A DNA stretch of 64,000 nt from positions 22,555 to 86,554 of the forward strand of contig CAYVLY010000003.1 of the NCBI GenBank assembly GCA_964452565.1, given 5' to 3'. The notes beneath the pieces were generated by a model that saw nothing but the letters and a program-made list of their open reading frames with translations, did not search any database and was not told the origin of the DNA. Origin of the DNA: an uncultured Gammaproteobacteria bacterium. GTDB lineage: Bacteria > Patescibacteriota > Patescibacteriia > UBA9934. Each line of letters begins with the position of its first letter. The stretch's first letter is position 1. Both the position numbers and the translations under genes were made by a program. Shown in pieces: positions 18,343 through 26,097 of this stretch.

Positions 18343-19965
18343 ATGAAGCATAAATATCTTTTCATTGTTGGCGGAGTTATGAGTGGTGTTGGAAAAGGAA
18401 CTTCGTCCGCAGCACTTGGACTTACGCTTAAGTCAAAGGGATGTAATGTCACTGCGATCAAGATCGATCCATATGTGAACGTTGATGCAGGAACTATGAA
18501 TCCAGTTGAGCATGGTGAGGTGTTCGTCACTGTTGATGGTGATGAAACAGATCAAGATATTGGAACCTACGAGCGTTATCTTGATACTAACATCACACGA
18601 ATAAACTACATGACAACTGGTCGGGTGTATCAATCAGTTATTGAGCGTGAGCGTAACTTAGAATATGGCGGAAAGTGTGTTGAGGTGGTTCCGCATGTGC
18701 CAGAAGAGATAATCCGACGCATTGAACGTGCTTCAAAAGAAGCAAAGGCAGATATTACATTGATTGAGGTCGGTGGAACTGTTGGTGAGTATCAGAACGT
18801 TTTGTTCCTTGAGGCAGCGCGAATGATGCAAGTTCAAAACCCAGACGATGTTAAGTTTGCAATTGTAAGTTACCTACCAGTACCCCCCTCAGTTGGAGAG
18901 ATGAAAACAAAGCCAACCCAGTATGCTATTAGAACTTTGAACAGCGCTGGGATCAGGCCAGATTTTGTGATAGGTCGTTCACCACTTCCAATGGATGAGC
19001 CACGAAAGAAGAAGATTGCATGGATTTGTGGTGTGCCAAGTGAGCACATTATTGGGGCACCAGATGCTCCGAGTGTATATGATGTGCCACAGATGTTTGA
19101 AGACCAAGACTTTGCTAAAAGTGTTTTGAAATGTTTTAAGATGAAGCCAAGGCAGGGTGATCTCTCAAAGTGGAATGGTTTTGTTAAGAAGATGAAGGCT
19201 GCAAAGAAAGAGGTTAAGATCGGTGTTGTTGGAAAGTATTTCTCAACGGGCGACTTTGTGCTTTCAGATGTGTACTTATCAGTTCTTGAGGCTATAAAAC
19301 ATGCAGCAGTACATGAGGGGGTTCAAGCAAAGATTGAGTGGCTAAACTCAGAGGCATATGAGAAAGATCCAAAGTTGCTGAAGAAAGAGCTTAGTAAGCT
19401 TGATGGAGTGATAGTTCCAGGTGGATTTGGATCACGCGGGATCGAAGGTAAGATAAAAACAATAGAATACTGTCGGAAGAACAAGATCCCGTATTTCGGG
19501 CTTTGTTATGGAATGCAGTGCGCTGTAATTGAATATGCTCGGAATGTATTGAAGTGGAAAGATGCTAATACAACAGAGATTGATGAGAAGACAAAGTATC
19601 CAGTGATACATATCCAAGAATCTCAAAAAGAGAATGTTGAGAAGGGCGCGTATGGGGGTACACTTCGATTGGGATCGTATCCATGTAGTTTGAAAAATGG
19701 AAGCGTATCTGCAAAGTTGTATGGATCAGATATGATAAGTGAGAGACATCGTCATCGTTATGAGTTTAACAATGAGTATCGTGAGGATCTTGAAAGGAAG
19801 GGACTGACCATATCGGGTACAAGTCCAGACGATCACTTCGTCGAAATAGTCGAAATAAAGGATCACCCGTTCTTTATGGGGGTCCAATTCCATCCAGAAT
19901 TCCAGAGCCGTCCACTAACCCCACACCCACTGTTTAGAGGATTTATAAAGGCAGCAAAACGGTGA
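18343..19965 (+). CDS. pyrG: CTP synthase
   Basis: N-terminal GGVMSGVGKG P-loop, and a C-terminal glutamine amidotransferase region with GLCYGMQ and HPEF. Confidence 0.95.
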   Translation: MKHKYLFIVGGVMSGVGKGTSSAALGLTLKSKGCNVTAIKIDPYVNVDAGTMNPVEHGEVFVTVDGDETDQDIGTYERYLDTNITRINYMTTGRVYQSVIERERNLEYGGKCVEVVPHVPEEIIRRIERASKEAKADITLIEVGGTVGEYQNVLFLEAARMMQVQNPDDVKFAIVSYLPVPPSVGEMKTKPTQYAIRTLNSAGIRPDFVIGRSPLPMDEPRKKKIAWICGVPSEHIIGAPDAPSVYDVPQMFEDQDFAKSVLKCFKMKPRQGDLSKWNGFVKKMKAAKKEVKIGVVGKYFSTGDFVLSDVYLSVLEAIKHAAVHEGVQAKIEWLNSEAYEKDPKLLKKELSKLDGVIVPGGFGSRGIEGKIKTIEYCRKNKIPYFGLCYGMQCAVIEYARNVLKWKDANTTEIDEKTKYPVIHIQESQKENVEKGAYGGTLRLGSYPCSLKNGSVSAKLYGSDMISERHRHRYEFNNEYREDLERKGLTISGTSPDDHFVEIVEIKDHPFFMGVQFHPEFQSRPLTPHPLFRGFIKAAKR

Positions 19966-20006
19966 CGAGAGAATCTAGACCTCAGAAAACAGAACCCAGA
20001 TCAAAA

Positions 20007-20033
20007 GCCCTCGATTTCTCGAGGGCTTTTTTT
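20007..20033 (+). terminator. Rho-independent terminator gccctcga-tttc-tcgagggc plus T7
   Basis: Perfect 8-bp stem and T-run after pyrG. Confidence 0.65.
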
Positions 20034-20135
20034 GTTATAAAACAAATCTCACCCTAAACACAAAACCGCCATTTGTCCCAGTAGATCCCTCCTAACGTCG
20101 GGATGGTGTGGGGCCTCAGGCGGTTTTGATTAATG

Positions 20136-20408
20136 TTAGGCTACGTGAACCAGTGTGCGCTGTTTTAGCTTTCCGTTGAATCCAGCAATTTTCTTTTTTG
20201 AAAACTTTGCGATTCCATCTACTGCAGCGTATAGAGTGTCATCTTTTCCTTTTTTAACATTCTTACCTGGTCGGTACTTTGTACCACGTTGTCGGACTAG
20301 GATTTGTCCTGCCTTTACAGGTTGTCCATCTCCCTTTTTAAGCCCGAGTCGTTGAGATCTCGAATCGCGGCCATTGGAAGTAGAACCCTGCGCCTTTTTA
20401 TGTGCCAT
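20136..20408 (-). CDS. rpmA: 50S ribosomal protein L27
   Basis: [22 protein letters not shown] is the L27 N-terminus. No rplU (L21) lies upstream. Confidence 0.9.
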   Translation of the reverse strand: MAHKKAQGSTSNGRDSRSQRLGLKKGDGQPVKAGQILVRQRGTKYRPGKNVKKGKDDTLYAAVDGIAKFSKKKIAGFNGKLKQRTLVHVA

Positions 20409-20573
20409 ATTGGGCTTTTCAGCTTAGTCGCGACTTATGCAACTGGTACAAGTTAGAATCGCATTACGTCGCAAAGTGTAGCGGATTTAGCTCTTTCCGT
20501 CAAGTGTTTATATACAGTCTGGAATTTTGCGAAAAAACGCGGTATTATAGACCTGTTAATATCTTGATTTAGC

Positions 20574-20966
20574 ATGAAAAAACACATAAAAGTTGCCAGA
20601 AAAAGGTTATCTGAAGTGTTGGTCGGACCTAGGGTAAAGTGGATCTTGGGCATTTCGATCATTTTGCTTTTGATTACTTTTGCAATTCCATTTTGGAAGC
20701 TATATCCTGAGATTGCCACAAAGCCGGCCGTGCCACTGCATTACAATATCCACTTTGGTGTAGATCTTTTTGGTGCATGGTGGCGGGTATTTATGCCATC
20801 AATTGCCGGATTGGTAATAATAATTATCAATACAATTCTTGCGGCAGTCTATTGCAAAAAGCAAAAGATGCTTTCATACTATGCATTGCTTGCAACCCCA
20901 GTGCTCATGGTTTTCCTTATCCTTGCTTCACTATTCATTACTCTTTTGAACCTCTCCTATGATTGA
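20574..20966 (+). CDS. Small hypothetical membrane protein (3 TM helices)
   Basis: 130-aa ORF that overlaps the mraY start by 8 nt. A TATTAT -10 lies upstream. Confidence 0.5.
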   Translation: MKKHIKVARKRLSEVLVGPRVKWILGISIILLLITFAIPFWKLYPEIATKPAVPLHYNIHFGVDLFGAWWRVFMPSIAGLVIIIINTILAAVYCKKQKMLSYYALLATPVLMVFLILASLFITLLNLSYD

Positions 20967-22020
20967 TCCCGGAGTGATTGGAAAAATACTTCTACTTACT
21001 ACTATCTCATTTGTCGTGGCGATTGCCTGGACACCGCTTTTGACGCACGTGTTGTACAAACATAAGATCGGAAAGTCTTTGCGTAGTAAAAAGCAGGCTC
21101 CGATTTTTCATAAAATGCATGAAAAGAAGATTGGCACACCAACAATGGGTGGGGTATTAATTTGGCTCACAGTGTTCGCGCTTTCTGTCTTCTTCCTGTT
21201 CTTTAGCCAGTTTGAGGTACCGCTATTAAGTGAACTGAACTTCTTGACCCGAGGCCAGACATTGCTGCCACTTGGAGCACTTGTTGCATCTGGTCTTGTT
21301 GGAATGATTGATGATCTTTTAAATGTTCGCGGTATTGGTAAGAACGGAGGTGGAATTCACATCAGGCATCGATTAGCTCTTTATTCAGTGATCGCAGTCG
21401 TTGGAGCTTGGTGGTTTTACGACAAGCTGGATTGGGATTTGTTTCACGTTCCGTTTGTTGAATCGTTTAATATCGGCTGGTGGTACATTCCGATCTTTAT
21501 CATCGTGATCGTTGGGACATCATTCTCTGTAAATCAAACTGACGGACTGGATGGACTTGCTGGCGGAACACTTGTTTCATCTTTTTCAGCCTTTGCAGTA
21601 ATCGCACTATTTCAAGAGCGCTATGAACTTGCTGTGTTCTGCGGTGTGATTGTCGGAGCGTTAATCGCATTTTTGTGGTTTAACATTTTTCCAGCACGAT
21701 TCTTCATGGGTGACACAGGAGCCATGTCCCTAGGAGTTACACTTGCCATAGTTGCCATGCTAACGAATACAGCTCTCCTACTACCGATTATTGGATTTGT
21801 GTTTGTTGTTGAGGCAATTTCGACAATCATTCAGCTTATATCGAAAAAACTATTCAAGAAGAAGGTTTTTAAAGTTGCGCCAGTGCATCATCATTTTGAA
21901 GCCAAGGGGTGGCCAGAACCAAAGGTTGTAATGCGTTTTTGGGTAATATCATGGATTGCAGCGGCTTTGGGTATCGTGCTCTTCTTGCTTGACATTTCAA
22001 TCACAGGAGGTTCGCTATAG
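20959..22020 (+). CDS. mraY: Phospho-N-acetylmuramoyl-pentapeptide transferase
   Basis: NQTDGLDGLAGG and FFMGDTGAMSLG motifs. Confidence 0.9.
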   Translation: MIDPGVIGKILLLTTISFVVAIAWTPLLTHVLYKHKIGKSLRSKKQAPIFHKMHEKKIGTPTMGGVLIWLTVFALSVFFLFFSQFEVPLLSELNFLTRGQTLLPLGALVASGLVGMIDDLLNVRGIGKNGGGIHIRHRLALYSVIAVVGAWWFYDKLDWDLFHVPFVESFNIGWWYIPIFIIVIVGTSFSVNQTDGLDGLAGGTLVSSFSAFAVIALFQERYELAVFCGVIVGALIAFLWFNIFPARFFMGDTGAMSLGVTLAIVAMLTNTALLLPIIGFVFVVEAISTIIQLISKKLFKKKVFKVAPVHHHFEAKGWPEPKVVMRFWVISWIAAALGIVLFLLDISITGGSL

Positions 22021-22021
22021 T

Positions 22022-23131
22022 ATGGCTAGAACACAAAAAAGACAGTTTGACAGCGTCTTTTTTGGATTAGTAATTGGACTCACGATTTTTGGATTGATCA
22101 TCCTAACCTCAGCATCTGGCCCGTCTGGTTACGAAGAGTTTGGGGACAGTTATTACTTTCTTAAGCATCAGTTAATTTCGGGAATCATTCCAGGTTTAGC
22201 TGTGATGGTCGCAGCCATGTTCACGCCGTATTCCTGGTACAGAAAGATCGCGTTTCCGCTTTTGTTGGTTTCGATAGGATTATTGATTCTGGTGTTTATC
22301 CCAGGAATTGGAACTGACTTTGGGACCTTTGCAAATAGTTGGGTCGATATTAGTGGCTTTTCTTTTCAGCCTGCTGAGATAGTTAAGCTCACATTCTTAT
22401 TGTATTTGTGTGCATGGATGGCGGAACGGGCTGGAGGTAAGCTGCAGGACTTTTCAGAAGGACTAGTGCCATTCTTGATAATCATCGGAATCATTGCAGG
22501 GCTTGTGCTTTTACAGCCTGACCTTGGGACACTTTCGGTTATAGGGGCTATGGCATTCATAATATTCTTTATTGCCGGTGGATCATTAAAGCACATTTTA
22601 GGAATAGGAATAGCCTGCTTTGCTGCACTTTACGTATTGATTGCATCATCACCATATCGAGTAGAGCGTTTTACAACCTTCTTGCATCCAGAGCTTGATC
22701 CCCAAGGTGTTGGCTATCAGATTAACCAGGCTTTGTTGGCGATTGGATCTGGTGGATTGTTTGGACGGGGATATGGCCACTCTTTGCAAAAGTTTCAATA
22801 CTTACCAGAGGTTATTGGAGACTCGATTTTTGCTGTTATGGCCGAGGAGCTTGGATTCTTTCTAACTGTTGGGTTTGTAGCATTGTTTGTCGCGATGATC
22901 CTAAGGGGGTTTTGGCTTTCTGAGCGCGTGCAGGATCGGTTTGGTCGGTTTTTGATCATTGGAGTGGTGAGTTGGTTTGGTGTGCAGGCTTTTGTAAATA
23001 TCGGAGCTATGGTCGGCGTTCTGCCAATCACAGGAGTGCCTTTGCCGTTTCTAAGTTATGGAGGAACTGCAATGGTGGTATCATTAGCAGCAGCAGGTGT
23101 TGTAATGAATATTTCAAAATATGCAAAATGA
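22022..23131 (+). CDS. ftsW: Peptidoglycan glycosyltransferase FtsW/RodA (SEDS family)
   Basis: 10-TM SEDS protein placed between mraY and murG. The start is the Met after the mraY stop. Confidence 0.85.
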   Translation: MARTQKRQFDSVFFGLVIGLTIFGLIILTSASGPSGYEEFGDSYYFLKHQLISGIIPGLAVMVAAMFTPYSWYRKIAFPLLLVSIGLLILVFIPGIGTDFGTFANSWVDISGFSFQPAEIVKLTFLLYLCAWMAERAGGKLQDFSEGLVPFLIIIGIIAGLVLLQPDLGTLSVIGAMAFIIFFIAGGSLKHILGIGIACFAALYVLIASSPYRVERFTTFLHPELDPQGVGYQINQALLAIGSGGLFGRGYGHSLQKFQYLPEVIGDSIFAVMAEELGFFLTVGFVALFVAMILRGFWLSERVQDRFGRFLIIGVVSWFGVQAFVNIGAMVGVLPITGVPLPFLSYGGTAMVVSLAAAGVVMNISKYAK

Positions 23132-24194
23132 AGGAGGCGAAAAACGAATACTCATGACAGGTGGTGGGACCCTGGGTCCTGTGACGCCTCTTTTAGCTAT
23201 CGTAGAGGAGTGGCAAAGTCAGGAGGAGGTCGAGGTAAGTTGGATTGGAACGCGTAAAGGTGCGGAACGGGCTTTGGTCGAATCAATGCAGATTCCGTTT
23301 GTGTCGATTGTATCGACAAAATTCGATCGAAGCCGATGGTGGAAGTGGTGGTTGATTCCGATACAATTGCTTATCGGATGTGTACAAGCTGGAATCGAAC
23401 TTCGAAAATCACAGCCAGATATTGTGTTTACTGCAGGTGGGTATGTAAGTGTTCCGGTTCTGATCATAGCTAGACTTATGGGGATGGCTACTTGGGTTCA
23501 TCAGCTCGATATAGTTCCAGGCTTGGCAAATCGAATCATGGCACCGTTTGCACATCAGATTACAGTCACATGGCCAGACTCTCTTGAACATTTTTCACAA
23601 AAGAAGACTACAGTAGTTGGGGGTGTGATGCGTCACGCATTGTTGCACGGTGATCGTGATCAAGCCTGTGAGCGGTATGGGTTGAAAAAAGATATGCCGA
23701 TTTTGTTAGTTGTCGGCGGTGGAACTGGTGCACTATCGATAAATGAGGCAATGGAGGCTATTGGATCTGATCTTCTTGAAGATATTCAAATCGTACATCT
23801 AACCGGAAAGGGCAAGATGACTCAAAAGCTCGAAAGCATGGGTGAGGGTTATATAGCGCTTGAGTTCCTTGGAGTGGGAATGAAGGATGCTTTTGCTATG
23901 GCTGACATGGTTATTGCACGAGCCGGTATGGGAACTATCATCGAACTTTGTGCTTTGAAAAAGCCGACTATAGTGATTCCGCTTCATAACACTGACCAAC
24001 TGGCAAATGCCCGAATGATCGAGGAGCGTGGTGCTGCTGAGGTGTTATGGGAGGTGAACCCGCAGATACTTAAACAAACGATTAAGAAGCTAATGTCGAA
24101 TGATGAGCGTCGAAAGCGTCTGTCATATCGTATTAGCGCCTTATTCTCAGCCTTTGGGGCAAAGGATATTGTAAGAATGGCAAAAGATATTTGA
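23121..24194 (+). CDS. murG: Undecaprenyldiphospho-muramoylpentapeptide beta-N-acetylglucosaminyltransferase
   Basis: GT28 N-terminus (MTGGGTLGPVTPLLAI) and the C-terminal GG(G)TGALSINEA motif. The alternative start is 23154. Confidence 0.85.
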   Translation: MQNEGGEKRILMTGGGTLGPVTPLLAIVEEWQSQEEVEVSWIGTRKGAERALVESMQIPFVSIVSTKFDRSRWWKWWLIPIQLLIGCVQAGIELRKSQPDIVFTAGGYVSVPVLIIARLMGMATWVHQLDIVPGLANRIMAPFAHQITVTWPDSLEHFSQKKTTVVGGVMRHALLHGDRDQACERYGLKKDMPILLVVGGGTGALSINEAMEAIGSDLLEDIQIVHLTGKGKMTQKLESMGEGYIALEFLGVGMKDAFAMADMVIARAGMGTIIELCALKKPTIVIPLHNTDQLANARMIEERGAAEVLWEVNPQILKQTIKKLMSNDERRKRLSYRISALFSAFGAKDIVRMAKDI

Positions 24195-24201
24195 AACAAA
24201 A

Positions 24202-24230
24202 ACACCCGCTGATATCGTGCGGGTGTTTTT
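24202..24230. terminator. Bidirectional terminator acacccgc-tgatatcgt-gcgggtgt with T-runs on both sides
   Basis: It serves murG on the + strand and the convergent small gene on the - strand. Confidence 0.65.
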
Positions 24231-24232
24231 GA

Positions 24233-24412
24233 TTACTCGGCAGGTGTCTCTACTGGAGCCTCCTCTGCAGGTGCCTCTGCCGGCGCTTCTGCTGGAGCCT
24301 CAGCAGGAGTTTCCTCTGCTGGAGCAGCAGTCTCACCAGCGCAGTTTGGGCAAAGACCATCAGTCAATTGCTCATCTGCAACTTCTGAGCTGCATGCAAC
24401 ACATACTCCCAT
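24233..24412 (-). CDS. Small zinc-ribbon protein with an acidic Pro-Ala-Glu repeat tail (59 aa, below the ORF-track cutoff): MGVCVACSSEVADEQLTDGLCPNCAGETAAPAEETPAEAPAEAPAEAPAEEAPVETPAE
   Basis: Hand-translated from the - strand. It has CxxC-x13-CxxC and is flanked by terminators. The ORF-track + strand ORFs here (AGASAG repeats) are its antisense shadow. Confidence 0.45.
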   Translation of the reverse strand: MGVCVACSSEVADEQLTDGLCPNCAGETAAPAEETPAEAPAEAPAEAPAEEAPVETPAE

Positions 24413-24494
24413 ATTTGAGTCGTGTTATGAATTAGTTTGCTTATTAATAGTAACAAAAACCAGCGAGTTTGTCGCTGGTATATTGTTTTTTTAT

Positions 24495-24644
24495 CTACTC
24501 AGCAGGTGCCTCAGCTGGAGCTTCTTCTGCTGGAGCCTCAGCTGGAGTCTCCTCAGTTGTAGCTGCTTCCTCTACAGTCTCCTCAGCAGGAGCTGCTGTT
24601 GGCTCATCAGTTGCTGGAGTTGCCACTGTTGTATCTTCATCCAT
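24495..24644 (-). CDS. Small acidic PAE-repeat protein, paralogous tail (49 aa): MDEDTTVATPATDEPTAAPAEETVEEAATTEETPAEAPAEEAPAEAPAE
   Basis: Hand-translated from the - strand. An extended -10 (TGCTACAAT) lies upstream and the terminator ccagcga-gtttg-tcgctgg lies downstream. Confidence 0.4.
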   Translation of the reverse strand: MDEDTTVATPATDEPTAAPAEETVEEAATTEETPAEAPAEEAPAEAPAE

Positions 24645-24722
24645 ACGAATATATTATTAATGATTTAACTATGATCCATTGTAGCAGATTATTCTTAAAA
24701 CCTGTGGACAAACAGTGAATAC

Positions 24723-24751
24723 TTGATTTATTCAGCTAAATGTGGTATAAA
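24723..24751 (+). promoter_or_regulatory. Promoter TTGATT-17-TATAAA (with TGG extension) for tRNA-Lys
   Basis: Read directly from the sequence. It lies about 30 nt upstream of the mature tRNA 5' end. Confidence 0.4.
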
Positions 24752-24783
24752 TTTGCCGTTGAATAACAATTTAATCTCATTGA

Positions 24784-24859
24784 GCACCGGTAGCTCAGTT
24801 GGTAGAGCGAGGGCCTTTTAAGCCCGAGGTCGCGGGTTCGAGTCCCGCCCGGTGTACCA
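24784..24859 (+). tRNA. tRNA-Lys (anticodon UUU), CCA encoded
   Basis: Manual cloverleaf: 7-bp acceptor stem with one G·U pair, D-loop with GG, anticodon loop CUUUUAA, T-loop TTCGAGT, 76 nt. Confidence 0.85.
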
Positions 24860-24861
24860 AA

Positions 24862-24889
24862 AATAACGCAGTCAAACTGCGTTATTTTT
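24862..24889 (+). terminator. Rho-independent terminator aataacgcag-tcaaa-ctgcgttatt plus tttt
   Basis: Perfect 10-bp stem immediately after the tRNA. Confidence 0.7.
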
Positions 24890-24908
24890 GCTATAATTAA
24901 GATACATT

Positions 24909-26021
24909 ATGCGGATTGCGATGATTGGACAAAAGGGAGTTGCGACTGGCGGGCGCTCAGGTGGAATTGAGGCGCACGTGCGAGAGGTTGCAAAACGATT
25001 GGCGTTCATTGGCCATGAGGTTTTTGTTTATGCCCGCGCTAAGTATGATCCTGAAAAGCCAGAGAGCTTTGAAGGTGCACGATTGGTTTTTCTGCCAACA
25101 GTCTATTCAAAACACATCGAAGCGATCCTACACACTTTAATTGCTTCGATACATGCACTGCGTAAAGATTATGACATTATTCATTATCACGGTGTTGGTC
25201 CTGCAACCTTGGCTTGGATTCCAAAGTTGTTTGCACGAAAGGCTAAGGTGATTGTAACTTTTCATTCCCAGGATCGGTTTCATAAAAAATGGGGTTGGTT
25301 TGCTCGCGTGTATCTTTTGTTTGGCGAATGGGCATCAGTGATGTTTTCACATTACTGTATTGCCGTATCTCACGAGATGCAAGTCTTCTGTCGCAGTAGA
25401 TATAAGCGAGAGGTTGTCTATATTCCAAATGGCGCCGAACTGAAAACTGTGAAGGGTCATGAGGAGCTTGAAAAGTTCGGACTTAAGCCAAAAGAGTATT
25501 TTGTAAACGTAGGACGTATTGTGCCGCAAAAAGGACTTCATTTTTTGATCGATGCATATAAAAATATCGATACTGACAAAAAAGTGGTCATTGTTGGCGC
25601 TCCGAGTTTTTCAGGAGACTACTACACAAAGATGCGTGAACTTGCAAAAGGCGATGACCGTATCCGATTTCTCGGCTTTCAAGAAGGTGAAACTCTTGAA
25701 CAGCTTTATTCAAATGCGTATGCATATGTTCATCCTTCAGAATATGAAGGCCTGCCATTGGTTATTCTCGAAGCAATGAGTTTTGGTTTAATGCCAATCG
25801 TCTCTGATATCGCACCTAATGTGGAAGCTATTCACGGCATAGGTCTTACTTTTACAACAGCAAATATGCAGGACTTACGCGACAAGCTTGAATACGCGAT
25901 AAGTCATCCAACTATTGTCCAAGATCAGGCAGAGGAAGCCCGCGCTATTATTGAAACTCATTTTAACTGGGATACAATCACAGACCATATTGAAGCTGTT
26001 TATATAACGTCGAGGCATTGA
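24909..26021 (+). CDS. Glycosyltransferase family 4
   Basis: GT4 C-terminal region (HPSEYEGLPLVILEAMSFGLMPIVSD). Length 370 aa. Confidence 0.8.
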   Translation: MRIAMIGQKGVATGGRSGGIEAHVREVAKRLAFIGHEVFVYARAKYDPEKPESFEGARLVFLPTVYSKHIEAILHTLIASIHALRKDYDIIHYHGVGPATLAWIPKLFARKAKVIVTFHSQDRFHKKWGWFARVYLLFGEWASVMFSHYCIAVSHEMQVFCRSRYKREVVYIPNGAELKTVKGHEELEKFGLKPKEYFVNVGRIVPQKGLHFLIDAYKNIDTDKKVVIVGAPSFSGDYYTKMRELAKGDDRIRFLGFQEGETLEQLYSNAYAYVHPSEYEGLPLVILEAMSFGLMPIVSDIAPNVEAIHGIGLTFTTANMQDLRDKLEYAISHPTIVQDQAEEARAIIETHFNWDTITDHIEAVYITSRH

Positions 26022-26084
26022 TCCAGAACACAGAACACAGAACTCAGTTGCGTCTGGGTTCTGAGGTCTGCAGTCTGGATTCTG
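26021..26084 (+). repeat. CAGAAC/TTCTG long imperfect hairpin (family E, copy 2)
   Basis: Left arm atccagaacacagaacacagaactcag, loop ttgcgt, right arm ctgggttctgaggtctgcagtctggattctg, with many G·U-compatible mismatches. Confidence 0.45.
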
Positions 26085-26097
26085 CAAACTCTATACT

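Noticed and set aside
20453-20719. Minus-strand 88-aa ORF upstream of rpmA
   Set aside because: It overlaps the + strand membrane-protein gene (20574-20966) and the rpmA leader. It does not resemble L21, and it has no RBS.
24217-24668. Plus-strand ORFs encoding Ala/Ser/Gly-rich peptides (24217-24435, 24469-24660, 24483-24668)
   Set aside because: They are the antisense reading of the - strand PAE-repeat genes, which have the promoters, terminators and a zinc-ribbon motif. Low-complexity Ala/Ser frames are the usual shadow of GCN-rich codons.
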